Positions 47,522 to 58,597 of a DNA stretch of 64,000 bases are shown here, one piece after another. The notes under the pieces are model-generated. The model saw nothing but the letters and a program-made list of their open reading frames with translations, ran no database searches and was not told the origin of the DNA. Where the stretch lies: the NCBI GenBank assembly GCA_036554745.1, contig DATBMR010000320.1, positions 1,732 through 65,731 on the forward strand. The letters run 5' to 3'. The DNA is from Candidatus Binatia bacterium (lineage in GTDB: Bacteria; Desulfobacterota; Binatia; UBA9968). The translations under genes and the position numbers were made by a program. The first letter of the stretch is position 1; every line of letters starts with the position of its first letter.

Positions 47522-49063
47522 TTGACGACGTCACCCGTGATTCTGGTCATCTTGGACGGCTTTGGAATTAACCCGAGAAAAGAAGGGAACGCGATTGCCG
47601 GTGCGCCGACCCCCAATCTCGATGCGCTGTTGCAGAACTATCCGAACTCCAGGTTATCCATGTCCGGCGTCGATGTCGGCCTGCCTGAGGGACAGATGGG
47701 CAATTCGGAAGTCGGCCACATGATCCTGGGAGCTGGCCGGATCGTTTATCAGGATCTTACGCTCATCCACAAAGATATCGAGGACGGGACCTTTTATCAT
47801 AACCCCGGTCTGCTTGCTGCGCTGCGCAAGACGAAAGCTGCGAGCAACCGCTTGCACCTGATGGGTCTGTTAGGTGACGGCGGCGTGCACAGCCACCAGC
47901 GCCACTTGGAGGCGATCATCGAGATGGCGCGCCGTGAGCAAATCGGGGAGATTTATCTGCATCTTTTTCTGGACGGGCGAGACACACCGCCGACCAGCGC
48001 CGAACAGTTCATGCTCGATCTCGCCGAAAAGCTCAGAGCCTATCCGAACACGAGAGTTGCCACAGTGAGCGGGCGCTACTACGCTATGGATCGAGACAAA
48101 CGTTGGGAGCGTATCGAAAAAGCTTATCTCTGTCTGACTGAGGGAGTCGGCAAAGAGGCGGATTCCGCGCTTACTGCGGTTCGCCAAAGTTACGCGGAGA
48201 AGACCACTGACGAGTTCGTTCTACCCACGGTGATCAAAGACGTAAGGCCAGCGGGTTTGATCAAGGATGGCGACGGCGTAATCTTTTTCAACTTCCGTGC
48301 CGATCGTGCGCGCGAGTTGACTAGGACATTGATCGACGAAGGTTTTGACGAATTCCCGCGCAAACGGCGACCGAAGCTTTCGTCCTACACGACGATGACG
48401 CAGTATGACGAGACATTCAATGTCACCTCCGCCTACAAGCCGCGGGAAATCAGGCGAATTCTCGGGGAGATCGTCAGCCAAGCGGGCATGCGCCAACTGC
48501 GCATTGCCGAGACCGAGAAATACGCTCACGTGACCTACTTTTTTAATGGCGGCGAAGAAAAGAAGTTTCCCGGCGAGGAGCGTATTCTGATCCCCTCGCC
48601 GAAGGACGTGGCGACTTATGATCTGAAGCCCGAGATGAGCGCGCGACCGGTAACCGAAGCCATGGTCAAATATATCCGCGACCAGGACGTGGGGCTGGTC
48701 ATCGCCAACTACGCCAATGCCGATATGGTCGGTCATACGGGCAATTTCGAGGCGTCCGTGCGTGCCGTCGAGGTGATCGACGAATGCCTCGGGAAGGTGG
48801 TCGATGCCGCCATGAGCAAAAAAGGCAAAGTCTTAATCACCGCAGACCACGGCAATATAGAACAGTTGATTGATTACGATACCGGCATGCCGCACACGGC
48901 CCATACGACAAATCTGGTGCCGGTGATTCTCGTCGATGACGATCGAAAAAAGTGCCGTCTCAATCAAGGGTCGGGCGTCGACATCGCGCCGACCGTCCTG
49001 CGATTGCTCAGTTTGCCGCAGCCTCAGGAGATGACCGGCCATTCGCTGATTGTCGAAGGCTGA
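47522..49063 (+). CDS. gpmI: 2,3-bisphosphoglycerate-independent phosphoglycerate mutase
   Basis: VILVILDGFG, GNSEVGHM and ITADHGN. TTG 47522 gives about 513 aa, and AAGGAAA lies upstream. The track ORF start at 47363 overlaps rsfS. Confidence 0.9.
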   Translation: MTTSPVILVILDGFGINPRKEGNAIAGAPTPNLDALLQNYPNSRLSMSGVDVGLPEGQMGNSEVGHMILGAGRIVYQDLTLIHKDIEDGTFYHNPGLLAALRKTKAASNRLHLMGLLGDGGVHSHQRHLEAIIEMARREQIGEIYLHLFLDGRDTPPTSAEQFMLDLAEKLRAYPNTRVATVSGRYYAMDRDKRWERIEKAYLCLTEGVGKEADSALTAVRQSYAEKTTDEFVLPTVIKDVRPAGLIKDGDGVIFFNFRADRARELTRTLIDEGFDEFPRKRRPKLSSYTTMTQYDETFNVTSAYKPREIRRILGEIVSQAGMRQLRIAETEKYAHVTYFFNGGEEKKFPGEERILIPSPKDVATYDLKPEMSARPVTEAMVKYIRDQDVGLVIANYANADMVGHTGNFEASVRAVEVIDECLGKVVDAAMSKKGKVLITADHGNIEQLIDYDTGMPHTAHTTNLVPVILVDDDRKKCRLNQGSGVDIAPTVLRLLSLPQPQEMTGHSLIVEG

Positions 49064-49100
49064 TCCGTATTCAGCAGCTTCGTCGTTATAAGTCAGGGCG

Positions 49101-49868
49101 ATGGATTACTCGCCGCGCTCATCGATCGTCGATCGGTTTGGTTGGGCCTTCGACTGGCTCTATCCGCCGCGTTGTCGTGCTTGCGCCGCCCGGATTGTCG
49201 GCGGCGATGCTGAATATTTCTGCGGCGAATGCTGGGCCAAGATTCAACGGGTCGGTCATCCTTTGTGCAATTTCTGCGGGCGTCCCTTTCCGGACGCCAG
49301 CGGCGACGATCATGCCTGCGCGGCCTGCATCACGCGCCCGCCGCAATTTGTCCAAGCACGAGCATGGGCCTGTTACCCGCGGGAAGCGAGCGAGGAACAT
49401 CCGCTCCGCCAAGCCGTCCAGAAATTCAAATACGGCCGCAAAGTCTCCCTCGGCAAACCGCTCGGTTGCGTCATGGCGCGTGGCTCGCGGGAATTTCTGG
49501 CCGGCTGCGCAGCTGACGTGATTATTCCCGTGCCGCTTCATCCCAAACGGCTGCGCTGGCGCGGCTTTAATCAAGCCGTGTTGCTCGCTCGGGAGATCAG
49601 CCGCGCTTATGCGGTGCCGATGGATCCGTTTTTACTGCGGCGAGTCAAGGAGACCGCCCCGCAGACGCAGCTTACCGAGGAAGAGCGACGCCGCAACGTG
49701 CGCAGCGCCTTCGCGTTGGCGCCGGGACCTGCGGTCGCCAAAAAAAATGTGTTGTTGGTCGACGATGTCTATACCTCCGGCGCGACCGTGAATGAATGTA
49801 GCCGGACGCTCACCAAAGGCGGCGCCCGGCAGGTTTTTGTGTTGACCTTGGCGCGCGCGGTGTCGTGA
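49101..49868 (+). CDS. comF: ComF family protein (double zinc ribbon + phosphoribosyltransferase domain)
   Basis: CRACAARI...CGECW and CNFCGRPF...CAAC ribbons, with the PRTase motif LLVDDVYTSGATV. Confidence 0.8.
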   Translation: MDYSPRSSIVDRFGWAFDWLYPPRCRACAARIVGGDAEYFCGECWAKIQRVGHPLCNFCGRPFPDASGDDHACAACITRPPQFVQARAWACYPREASEEHPLRQAVQKFKYGRKVSLGKPLGCVMARGSREFLAGCAADVIIPVPLHPKRLRWRGFNQAVLLAREISRAYAVPMDPFLLRRVKETAPQTQLTEEERRRNVRSAFALAPGPAVAKKNVLLVDDVYTSGATVNECSRTLTKGGARQVFVLTLARAVS

Positions 49869-49896
49869 GTCAGGGTTCTGTTCGGTTCAATCGCTC

Positions 49897-50481
49897 ATGT
49901 CGCAAGACGATCAGATCAGATGGAATCGGCAGCATGCCGAGAGCGGCGGCAGCGAAGAACCGTCGCGCTTTTTGCGTGAGGTCCTGGAAAGCGAGAGCTG
50001 GGACTTGCCACCGGGTAGGGCGCTCGATCTTGCCTGTGGTAAGGGACGCAACGCGCTCTATTTGGCTAGTCGAGGATTTCACGTAACCGCCGTCGACATC
50101 TCGCCGGTCGCGCTCGAGCGCGGACGGAGGCTGTGCGAACAGCGTTTGTTGGCGGTCGAGTGGCAACAAGCCGATCTGGAACATCTGCAGCTCAAAACGG
50201 CAGAGTACGATCTAATCGTGAATATCAATTACCTGCAACGCTCGCTGATCGAGAACATCAAAACGGCACTGAAAACCACCGGCCATGTAATTTTCGAAAC
50301 CTACTTGATCGACCAACAGATCATCGGCCATCCAAAAAATCCCGCCTATCTGCTTGCCCACAACGAGTTGCTCGAATATTTCCGTGACTTCCGCGTGCTC
50401 TCATACCGTGAAGGAAAATTTCCGGACGCCGGAAAGCCCTCCTATCGCGCCGGCATTTTCGCCCGGAAAAGCGCACAATAG
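49897..50481 (+). CDS. class I SAM-dependent methyltransferase (TehB-like)
   Basis: RALDLACGKGRNALYLASRGFHVTAVDIS and YDLIVNINYL. Confidence 0.75.
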   Translation: MSQDDQIRWNRQHAESGGSEEPSRFLREVLESESWDLPPGRALDLACGKGRNALYLASRGFHVTAVDISPVALERGRRLCEQRLLAVEWQQADLEHLQLKTAEYDLIVNINYLQRSLIENIKTALKTTGHVIFETYLIDQQIIGHPKNPAYLLAHNELLEYFRDFRVLSYREGKFPDAGKPSYRAGIFARKSAQ

Positions 50482-50525
50482 CCGCGCCGTGCGGATATCG
50501 CTCATTTAATTCCGGTCATGGGCGG

Positions 50526-50557
50526 TTGTATACATCACAATATATAAATATAATGAT
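50526..50557 (+). promoter_or_regulatory. promoter (TTGTAT-N17-TATAAT) overlapped by a 24-bp imperfect palindrome, candidate operator
   Basis: TTGTAT at 50526-50531 and TATAAT at 50549-50554. The palindrome ATCACAATATATAAATATAATGAT (50534-50557) has 9 of 12 pairs complementary. ATG 50567 lies 12 nt after the -10 element. Confidence 0.45.
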
Positions 50558-50566
50558 TGAGTCTTT

Positions 50567-51547
50567 ATGGAATTCGTCCGCGCACTCAAAGCGTTAGCGG
50601 ATCCGTTGCGCCTGCGCATTCTTTCGGCGGTTGCGGAGGAGGAGTTGACGGTTGGCGAGGTTCAGGAAGTCGTGGAGTCGGTGCAATCGTCAGTTTCGCG
50701 CAACCTTGCCATTTTGCGCGAGGCGGGCTTTGTTCAGGATCGCAAGGAGGGAACGAATGTTTATTTTTCCTTGCGGCAAAAAATGCCGGAGCCGATGCGG
50801 GACCTTGTCACGTCGCTGCCGGAGCGTATCGCCGACATCCCTGGAGTGAAGGGGGATCAGGCACGATTGGCGGCTTGCCGGCGCCGGCGCTTGCTCCGTT
50901 CTCAGAGTTATTTCGAATCGGTTGCGGGCGACTGGGAGCGGATTCGCAAGAGTTATTTCGACGATCGCGTGACTTCGATGGCGATCGAAAAATTGCTGCC
51001 GCGGAGTCTCACGCTAGCGGATATCGGTTGCGGCACCGGCAACTTGACTTTCGAGCTAGCGCGTTTCGCGCGCAAGGTGATCGGCATCGATCTCTCCAAC
51101 GAGATGCTGCTGCACGCGCGGGCGTTAGCCAAAGACCGGGCGCTCGACAACGTCGAGTTCCGCCGTGGCGACGCGCTGCGACTGCCGCTTCAGTCCCGTG
51201 GCGTCGATGCGGCGTTCTGTGTCATGGTGCTGCACTTTCTCCCGGACCCGGGACGCGCGATCGCCGAGCTTTGTCGGATAACCCGACCAGGCGGTTCGAT
51301 TATTCTGGTCGATCTGGTCGAGCACAAGCAGGACTGGATGCGCGAACAGATGGCGCACCAATGGCTGGGATTCGCCCGCCCTGCGATCGAGCGCTGGTTT
51401 CGTGCGGCTGGAGCCGACGCGTTCGATTACCATTTGACCGGTTCATTTGCGGGTGAGAGGTTGGCGCGCAACGGCAATCGGCCCGTCGAGATCTTCGTCA
51501 CGCGCGCAAGCCTGCCGGCAAAAAAGACAAGAAGGCGGAAGCGATGA
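50567..51547 (+). CDS. ArsR-family HTH fused to a SAM-methyltransferase-like domain (SahR-like regulator)
   Basis: The N-terminal ArsR HTH is [47 protein letters not shown]. The C-terminal domain has [11 protein letters not shown] and a [12 protein letters not shown] methyltransferase fold. The stop overlaps the metH start (ATGA). Confidence 0.7.
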   Translation: MEFVRALKALADPLRLRILSAVAEEELTVGEVQEVVESVQSSVSRNLAILREAGFVQDRKEGTNVYFSLRQKMPEPMRDLVTSLPERIADIPGVKGDQARLAACRRRRLLRSQSYFESVAGDWERIRKSYFDDRVTSMAIEKLLPRSLTLADIGCGTGNLTFELARFARKVIGIDLSNEMLLHARALAKDRALDNVEFRRGDALRLPLQSRGVDAAFCVMVLHFLPDPGRAIAELCRITRPGGSIILVDLVEHKQDWMREQMAHQWLGFARPAIERWFRAAGADAFDYHLTGSFAGERLARNGNRPVEIFVTRASLPAKKTRRRKR

Positions 51548-54500
51548 GCAATCCGGAACGGCGACTTCATGACCTATTGTGCCGGCGCATCGTCGTTCTC
51601 GACGGCGCCATGGGGACGCTAATCCAAGCGCACAGGCTGGACGAGCAAGCCTTCCGTGGTGACCGGTTCTCCAGCCATTCTCGCGATCTGAAGGGCTGCA
51701 ACGACGTGCTGTGCATCACCCAACCGGATCTGGTTACCGCCCTCCATGTGCAGTATCTCGAAGCGGGTGCCGATATCGTCGAGACTAATACCTTCAACTC
51801 AACCTCGGTCTCGATGGCGGACTACAAGCTGGAGCCCTACGTTTACGAAATGAACGTCGCCGGAGCCAAGGCCGCGCGCCGCGCGGTCGAAATCGTCACG
51901 GAGAAAGATCCATCCCGTCCGCGCTTTGTCGCCGGCGCGATCGGACCGACCAACCGAACCTGCTCGATTTCCACCGACGTACACAGCGCAGCGACCCGCG
52001 GCGTCACTTACGACGAGCTTCGGGACGCCTATTATGAGCAGGCGCGCGGATTGATCGAGGGCGGTGCCGATCTCTTGCTGGTTGAGACGATCTTCGACAC
52101 GCTCAATGCGAAAGCGGCTTTTTTCGCGATCGCCAAACTCTTCGACGAACGCAGGATTCAATTGCCGCTCATGGCTTCGGTGACGTTTATCCAGCCCGGC
52201 AGCAATCGGGGCGTGACTGGGCAAACGATCGAGGCGTTCTGGAATTCCATCTCCCATGTGCCGCTGTTGAGCGTCGGCATGAATTGCGCGCTGGGGCCGA
52301 AGGAAATGCGCCCGTTAATCGACGAGCTGTCACGTATCGCGCCGGTTTACATCAGCGCCCATCCCAATGCCGGGCTACCCGATCCGCTGCTGCCGAGCGG
52401 TTTTCCCGAAACTCCGGAGTCGTTCACTCCCCAGCTGTGCGAATGGATCGATCAAGGATGGCTTAACATCGTCGGCGGCTGCTGCGGCACGACGCCGGCG
52501 CACATCAGAGCGATCGCCGAAGCGGTGAAGGATAAGCCGCCGCGAGCGGTGCGCGCGGTGGAGCCGTTCTTGCGCTTGAGCGGCCTAGAAAGCGTCAGCG
52601 TTCGGCCGGAGTCCAACTTCGTCAATATCGGTGAGCGCACCAACGTTACCGGTTCGCCGATGTTCGCCAAGCTCATTCTTGCCGGCGATTTCGAGAAAGC
52701 GGTCGGGGTCGCACGACAGCAGGTCGAAGGCGGCGCCCAGGTGATCGACGTCAACATGGATGAAGGCATGCTCGATTCGAAGGCGGCGATGGAGAAATTT
52801 TTGCGCCTGATCGCCGGGGAATCGGACATCGCGCGCGTGCCAGTGATGATCGACAGTTCCAAGTGGGAAGTCATCGAAGCAGGACTCAAGTGCCTGCAAG
52901 GCAAAGGCATCGTCAATTCAATCAGTCTCAAGGAAGGCGAAGAAAAGTTCATCCAGCAAGCGCGGCTCATCCGCCGTTACGGTGCGGCGGTGATCGTCAT
53001 GGCGTTCGACGAGCGCGGTCAGGCCGACACTTTGGAGCGCAAGACTGAGATCTGCGGGCGCTCCTATAAGATTCTCACAGAACAGGTCGGTTTCCCGCCC
53101 CAGGATGTGATTTTCGACCCGAATATTCTGACGGTCGGTACCGGCATCGAAGAGCACAATAACTATGCCGTCAACTTCATCGAGGCGACGCGCTGGATCA
53201 AACAGAATCTGCCGCTCGCCAAGGTCAGCGGCGGAGTCAGTAACGTTTCGTTCTCTTTTCGCGGCAACAATCCAGTGCGCGAAGCGATGCATTCAGCGTT
53301 TTTGTACCATGCCATCGAAGCGGGCATGGACATGGGGATCGTCAATCCCGGCATGCTCGCCGTCTACGAGGAAATTCCCAAGGATCTGCTCGAATTAGTC
53401 GAGGATTTGTTGCTCAACCGCCGCCCGGATGCGACCGAGCGCTTGGTCGCGTTCGCGGAGACCGTCAAGAAATCCGACAAGCCGGCGGTTAAGGACGACG
53501 GCTGGCGAGCCGGCACCGTGGAAGAGCGCCTGTCGCACGCACTGGTAAAAGGGATCACGGATTTTATCGATCAGGACGTTGAGGAGGCTCGGCTCAAGTA
53601 CGGCAAGCCGCTGGCGGTGATCGAAGGGCCCTTGATGGACGGCATGAATGTGGTCGGTGACCTGTTCGGCTCGGGAAAAATGTTCTTGCCGCAGGTAGTC
53701 AAGAGCGCGCGGGTGATGAAGAAAGCGGTGGCCTATCTGACACCGTTCTTGGAAGCGGAGAAAATGGCGGCGCAGGACAACGACAAGCGCACGAAATTGG
53801 TTTTCGCCACGGTCAAAGGCGATGTGCACGACATCGGCAAAAACATTGTCGGCGTGGTGCTCAGCTGCAACAATTACGACGTCATCGATCTTGGCGTCAT
53901 GGTGCCGGCGGATAAAATTATCGACACCGCGATCACGGAAAACGCCGACATCATCGGACTAAGCGGCCTGATCACGCCGTCGCTCGATGAGATGGCTTAT
54001 GTCGCCGGTGAGATGGAACGGCGCGGCTTGAACGTGCCCCTGCTGATCGGCGGTGCGACGACGAGCAAGCGTCACACCGCGGTCAAGATCGCGCCGGCTT
54101 ACAAACATGAAACGGTTCACGTGGTCGATGCGTCGCGCGCAGTGCCGGTGGTCGGCGCGCTGGTGCGGCCGGATTCGCGGCAGTTGCTCCAGCAACAGAA
54201 TCGCCGCGAACAGGAAGAGATCCGTGCCCAATTCGAAAACCGGGTCGGCACCCAGCTGCTAACCTACGATGAGGCGGTGCGCCACAAACTGCATACCGAA
54301 TGGGATGAGCAACACATCGCGGTCCCGGAATTCACCGGCCGACGGGTACTGCGGGATTTTCCGGTGGCGGAACTAGTGCCGTTCATCGACTGGTCGCCGT
54401 TCTTTCATACTTGGGAGATTCGCGGGCATTACCCTGACGTGCTGCACGACCAGGTAAGGGGTGCGGCTGCGCGCGAGTTGTTCGATAATGCTCAGGGACT

Positions 54501-55242
54501 GCTCAAGGAAATCGCCGACAAATGCCTGCTCAGGGCGCATGGGGTTTACGGCTTCTATCCAGCCAACAGCGACGACGATGATATCCTTGTTTATGCCGAT
54601 GCGACGCGCGCGAAAGTGCTTGCGCGGCTCCATACCTTGCGCCAGCAGAAACACAGCTCGCGGGGCAAGCCACAGCTGGCGCTTGCCGACTATATCGCGC
54701 CGGCCGCGACCGGCCGTGTCGATTACATCGGGGCGTTCGCTGTCACGGCCGGCGATGGGGCTCAGGAATTGGCCGAGCGTTTTGAAAAGGATCTGGATCA
54801 GTACAATTCGATCATGATCAAAGCGCTGGCCGATCGGCTGGCTGAGGCTTTCGCGGAATATCTGCACAAGCGAGTGCGAGCCGAGTGGGGCTATGGCAAA
54901 AATGAACGGCTGAGTCACGAAGATCTGATCGCGGAAAAATATCGCGGTATTCGCCCCGCTCCGGGCTATCCCGCCCAGCCTGACCACACCGAGAAGCCGA
55001 TCATTTTCGACCTGCTCGACGTTAACCACGCCACAGGCATCATTTTCACCGAGAGTTTCGCCATGTATCCGGCTGCATCGGTGTGCGGCCTCTATTTCGC
55101 CCACCCCGAGGCGCGCTACTTCGCCGTCAGTGCCATCGGCCGCGACCAGGTCGAGTCCTATGCCGCACGTAAAGGCATGCGAGTTGCAGAAGTCGAACGC
55201 TGGCTGTCGCCGATCCTCGGGTACGACCCAACGAAAAAATGA
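51544..55242 (+). CDS. metH: cobalamin-dependent methionine synthase
   Basis: 1232 aa with Hcy-binding, pterin-binding, B12-binding ([11 protein letters not shown], the DxHxxG motif) and AdoMet-activation domains in the canonical order. Confidence 0.95.
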   Translation: MSNPERRLHDLLCRRIVVLDGAMGTLIQAHRLDEQAFRGDRFSSHSRDLKGCNDVLCITQPDLVTALHVQYLEAGADIVETNTFNSTSVSMADYKLEPYVYEMNVAGAKAARRAVEIVTEKDPSRPRFVAGAIGPTNRTCSISTDVHSAATRGVTYDELRDAYYEQARGLIEGGADLLLVETIFDTLNAKAAFFAIAKLFDERRIQLPLMASVTFIQPGSNRGVTGQTIEAFWNSISHVPLLSVGMNCALGPKEMRPLIDELSRIAPVYISAHPNAGLPDPLLPSGFPETPESFTPQLCEWIDQGWLNIVGGCCGTTPAHIRAIAEAVKDKPPRAVRAVEPFLRLSGLESVSVRPESNFVNIGERTNVTGSPMFAKLILAGDFEKAVGVARQQVEGGAQVIDVNMDEGMLDSKAAMEKFLRLIAGESDIARVPVMIDSSKWEVIEAGLKCLQGKGIVNSISLKEGEEKFIQQARLIRRYGAAVIVMAFDERGQADTLERKTEICGRSYKILTEQVGFPPQDVIFDPNILTVGTGIEEHNNYAVNFIEATRWIKQNLPLAKVSGGVSNVSFSFRGNNPVREAMHSAFLYHAIEAGMDMGIVNPGMLAVYEEIPKDLLELVEDLLLNRRPDATERLVAFAETVKKSDKPAVKDDGWRAGTVEERLSHALVKGITDFIDQDVEEARLKYGKPLAVIEGPLMDGMNVVGDLFGSGKMFLPQVVKSARVMKKAVAYLTPFLEAEKMAAQDNDKRTKLVFATVKGDVHDIGKNIVGVVLSCNNYDVIDLGVMVPADKIIDTAITENADIIGLSGLITPSLDEMAYVAGEMERRGLNVPLLIGGATTSKRHTAVKIAPAYKHETVHVVDASRAVPVVGALVRPDSRQLLQQQNRREQEEIRAQFENRVGTQLLTYDEAVRHKLHTEWDEQHIAVPEFTGRRVLRDFPVAELVPFIDWSPFFHTWEIRGHYPDVLHDQVRGAAARELFDNAQGLLKEIADKCLLRAHGVYGFYPANSDDDDILVYADATRAKVLARLHTLRQQKHSSRGKPQLALADYIAPAATGRVDYIGAFAVTAGDGAQELAERFEKDLDQYNSIMIKALADRLAEAFAEYLHKRVRAEWGYGKNERLSHEDLIAEKYRGIRPAPGYPAQPDHTEKPIIFDLLDVNHATGIIFTESFAMYPAASVCGLYFAHPEARYFAVSAIGRDQVESYAARKGMRVAEVERWLSPILGYDPTKK

Positions 55243-55416
55243 TTTTCTTTAGGGCGAATTTTAGCGACTCGGAATTTTGAACGTGTGTTGATCCACGGTT
55301 AGTTGGATTCCACCAACTACGACCCCGCGTTGGCTGGCTTACCATAGGTCGCTTCACGTCGACTAACGGAAACTACTTTAGGTAGATCGGATGCGACCAC
55401 TTCTTCCGTGCGTCTC

Positions 55417-56103
55417 TCAATTTTGCGTGTCTTCCGATATGCGCCCTTGGTTTACCCGCAGCACTCGGGTGGCGCAGTGGCGCGCGAAATCTTCGTCATG
55501 AGTCGCCACAACCAGCGTGCGGCCTTCACGGGTCAAGCCGCGGAGCAGATCGCGCAGTTCCGTGCGCCGGTCCGCGTCAAGTGATGCGGTGGGCTCGTCC
55601 ATCAGCAAGAGCGGCGGGTCGACAGCGAGGGCACGAGCGATGGCGACCCGCTGGGCTTCGCCGCCGGAAAGCTCGCGCGGCAGCGCAGTCGCGCGATGCT
55701 CGATGCCAAGCGCCGAGAGCAATTCGCGGGCGCGGCGCTTGGCCTGGCGCCGGGGAATCCCGCGCGCATACACCGGCGCGAGCCAGACGTTTTTGAGGAC
55801 GGATAGGTGCTCAAAGAGATGGTGAAATTGGAACACCAGCCCGACTTTGGCGCGCAGCCGGTGAAGCACATTGGGGGAGTGGCAGCTGCCGGCGCACAAA
55901 GCAACGTCTTCCACCTGCACAGTCCCTGATTGAAACGTCTCAAGCCCGGCGATCACGCGGAGCAAGGTCGTTTTGCCGACACCGGACGGCCCCATCAACG
56001 CTACCAATTCGCCGCGCGCCACGTCGAACGTGGCCCCGCCAAGCACGCGCCGTTCACGACGAAAGAGATTCACGTCGTGCAAACGCAGCATGCGCTCGTT
56101 CAT
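55417..56103 (-). CDS. amino acid ABC transporter ATP-binding protein
   Basis: Walker A GPSGVGKTT, signature [15 protein letters not shown] and Walker B LLLMDEPTASLD. Confidence 0.9.
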   Translation of the reverse strand: MNERMLRLHDVNLFRRERRVLGGATFDVARGELVALMGPSGVGKTTLLRVIAGLETFQSGTVQVEDVALCAGSCHSPNVLHRLRAKVGLVFQFHHLFEHLSVLKNVWLAPVYARGIPRRQAKRRARELLSALGIEHRATALPRELSGGEAQRVAIARALAVDPPLLLMDEPTASLDADRRTELRDLLRGLTREGRTLVVATHDEDFARHCATRVLRVNQGRISEDTQN

Positions 56104-57698
56104 GCCGCTTGCACCCTCCAGCGTTGCTCAAGCCGCCGCGCCAATGCGGCCAACGGCAGGGACATCGCGAGATAAAGACCGGCGCACAGCAAGCCGGGAA
56201 TGATCCACGTACCGGTGTTCGTGGCGAAAATCTGCGTCTGCTTGGTCAGCTCGAGCACCGTAAGTACGGAGACGAGCGACGAGTCCTTCAGTAGGGCAAT
56301 AAAGTCGTTGGTCATTGGCGCCAACGCGAGGCGGAAGGCTTGCGGTCCCCGCACAAGAGTCAGCACCCGGCATTCGCTTAGGCCTAGGATGCGCGCAGCC
56401 TCAAGTTGACCGACCGGAACCGCTTCGAGTGCGCCGCGATAGATTTCGCTTTCATAGGCCGCGTAATTGAGCGCCAGACCTAAGAGCGCCGCGCCGAAAG
56501 CCGGCAGGCGAATCACATCGGCGATGCCGTAGTAAAGAACGAAGAGCTGGAGCAAGATCGGCGTGCCGCGCATGATCTCGACGTAACCGGTCAGGAGTGT
56601 TCTTGCGAGGGTGTTGCCGTAAACGCGCCCGCTCGCGATCGAGATCCCGAGCACTATTGCAAGCCCCATCGCCAGACACGAAAGCACGATGGTTACGACC
56701 GAAGCGCGCAAAAGCGATGGCAGATAGCGCAGTGTAGTTTGCCATGCGGAGAGCGCCGGCGCGGCATCGGCCGTCGTAAAACCGCTGATCGGAGGAACCG
56801 GCTCGCCGGCGAGAACTTGCGCATGAAGATCCGCTTGATCGCGATTCCAGACCCGCCACCTGCGAAAAATCTTTTCCAAAGTGCCGTCGCGCATGGCGCC
56901 GCGCAGTATTTCATTGACCTCGTCGCGCAGGACCATATTTCGCACCGCCAGCACGCCCACATAGTGGCCCACGGCAACGCTCTGCGGTTGAATGGTGAAC
57001 CCGGGGATCGATCGGGCACGTCGCTCGGCGAGAACATGGTCGAGCAGCACGGCGTCGACGCGACCGATCACCAAATCGCTGTAAGGATGGACGTCATCAT
57101 CGTAGGAAACCGGGTGTACGCCGAACTCTTGCTCCGCGCGCAGCAAGATTTGATAAGCAATCGTGCCGCCAAGCGTCGCGACGCGCCGGCCTCGAAGATC
57201 CGCGAGGCTGCGAAAGCGGGCTGCGTCCGAGTCGCGGACGCTCAGGACTTCGCGAAACCGGTAATAGGGAATCGTGGGTGCCATAGTTGCGCGCCGTGCC
57301 GGAGTGTCTTCGATGCCGCTGAGGCCGATCTCGGCATCGCCGCGCCCGATGGATTGGTCGATCGACGTGAAAGCAATATTGACAAAGCGCGCTCGACTCC
57401 CGAGTTTGCTCGCGATCAGTTCGGCGATCTCGACGTCGAAACCGACCAGCTTATCGGGCCGAGCCGGATCAGCCTCGACAAACGGCGCGCCGCCTTCAGG
57501 ATCGCCGGCCCAGCGGAATTCATGAATCGGTTCTGCGGTCTCGGAGAGAACCGGCGCCAAGGTCATTGAGGTCGTAAGAGCGGCCACCCGGATTAGGTAC
57601 CGTATTTTGGGCTTTATGGGATTGGTTTGCGCAGCTGCCGGAAAAACAGATTGAAGTTTATTTGTCAGGCGGGCTCGATGAAAGGTCAAAATCGCCAT
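56100..57698 (-). CDS. fused amino acid ABC transporter substrate-binding / permease protein
   Basis: The N-terminal type-3 SBP region is LVGFDVEIAELIASKLG. The C-terminal permease has the EAA loop QLEAARILGLSECRVLTLVRGPQA. The stop overlaps the ATPase start, and the N-terminal start is uncertain. Confidence 0.75.
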   Translation of the reverse strand: MAILTFHRARLTNKLQSVFPAAAQTNPIKPKIRYLIRVAALTTSMTLAPVLSETAEPIHEFRWAGDPEGGAPFVEADPARPDKLVGFDVEIAELIASKLGSRARFVNIAFTSIDQSIGRGDAEIGLSGIEDTPARRATMAPTIPYYRFREVLSVRDSDAARFRSLADLRGRRVATLGGTIAYQILLRAEQEFGVHPVSYDDDVHPYSDLVIGRVDAVLLDHVLAERRARSIPGFTIQPQSVAVGHYVGVLAVRNMVLRDEVNEILRGAMRDGTLEKIFRRWRVWNRDQADLHAQVLAGEPVPPISGFTTADAAPALSAWQTTLRYLPSLLRASVVTIVLSCLAMGLAIVLGISIASGRVYGNTLARTLLTGYVEIMRGTPILLQLFVLYYGIADVIRLPAFGAALLGLALNYAAYESEIYRGALEAVPVGQLEAARILGLSECRVLTLVRGPQAFRLALAPMTNDFIALLKDSSLVSVLTVLELTKQTQIFATNTGTWIIPGLLCAGLYLAMSLPLAALARRLEQRWRVQAA

Positions 57699-57946
57699 CG
57701 TTTGCAGCGAAGTTATCCGATGGCCGATCGAGATGTCAATATTACGATGGCCGAGGAGTCTCGGCGTTCCGCTGAGCTTCCTATCGAGCGCGGAAAGTGC
57801 TCATTCCGGATCGAAATGAGCTTCGACTTACGAGCGATGCCGGGGTTGATTCGAGCGAGAACGAGACAGAGTTATCATCTTATGAAGCCGGTGGAAAAGC
57901 GCGCTTGGCATTTGCGGCTGAGCGCGCTGGGGAACTGCCGAGTCGA

Positions 57947-57982
57947 GTTGCCGGCTGTCGGTCGCATTCGACAGCCGGCAAC
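57947..57982 (-). terminator. perfect 14-bp-stem hairpin downstream of the 58008..58580 gene
   Basis: GTTGCCGGCTGTCG (57947-57960), an 8-nt loop, then CGACAGCCGGCAAC (57969-57982). It lies about 25 nt past the stop on the minus strand and has no U-tract. Confidence 0.4.
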
Positions 57983-58007
57983 TCGGTGGGGAATCTGCCG
58001 CGCCGGT

Positions 58008-58580
58008 TTACCGGCCTTGTCTGTATCCTACAGCTCTTCTTCTGGCTTCTTCATCCTTGTCCACATTGACGCCTTCCTCTTCGGTGTAAGAAATGTCGTG
58101 GGCACCGGACCGTTCAAATATTTCCTTGACGCGCTTGGTTTCTTCGCTATTCTCAGAGTGAACGGCGATCAGAATGTTACCCTCTTTGATTTTACCCTCG
58201 TACAGTTTCGCCTCGTATTCCGGAATCCCCAGGCCGATGAGCGCTCCGGTGAGTCCACCCGCAGCGGCACCCGCGCCGGCGCCGGCAAGCGCCGCCATGA
58301 TTGGCCCGGCTGCGATAAACGGTCCGAGGCCGGGAATCGCCAAAGTGCCGATACCGACTAGCCATCCCAAAACACCGCCAACTACGCCTCCGGTCGCTGC
58401 GCCGGTTGCGGCGCCCTCAGGTGCCTTCGTGTGCTGCTCATGAGCAAAGTCCCGAGTGCCACTTTTATCGGGGAACAAAACCGAAATGTCATTGTTTGAA
58501 AAGCCTCCCGTGCGAAGCTCTTCGACGACTCTCTCAGCTTGAAATTCATTATCAACCAAACCGAAAACGGCTTTCGCCAT
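58008..58580 (-). CDS. general-stress-type membrane protein (YflT-like N-domain + glycine-zipper TM region)
   Basis: MAKAVFGLVDNEFQAERVVEELRTGGFSNNDISVLFPDK resembles the YflT/GSP17M domain. The central region GAATGGVVGGVLGWLVGIG...GAGAGAAAGGLTGALIGLG is Gly-zipper-like. Confidence 0.5.
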   Translation of the reverse strand: MAKAVFGLVDNEFQAERVVEELRTGGFSNNDISVLFPDKSGTRDFAHEQHTKAPEGAATGAATGGVVGGVLGWLVGIGTLAIPGLGPFIAAGPIMAALAGAGAGAAAGGLTGALIGLGIPEYEAKLYEGKIKEGNILIAVHSENSEETKRVKEIFERSGAHDISYTEEEGVNVDKDEEARRRAVGYRQGR

Positions 58581-58597
58581 AACGTCCTCCTACGTAA

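Noticed and set aside
50482-50566. I looked for a cobalamin or SAM riboswitch upstream of metH or its regulator
   Set aside because: metH starts inside the stop codon of the upstream regulator gene. The spacer before the regulator is only 85 nt, AT-rich and occupied by a promoter and palindrome. That leaves no room for a riboswitch aptamer.
57627-58361. A 244-aa plus-strand ORF spanning the 57.7-58.0 kb spacer and running antisense into the stress-protein gene
   Set aside because: It overlaps two better-supported minus-strand genes, has no recognisable domain, and its middle is the palindromic hairpin region. It is probably non-coding.
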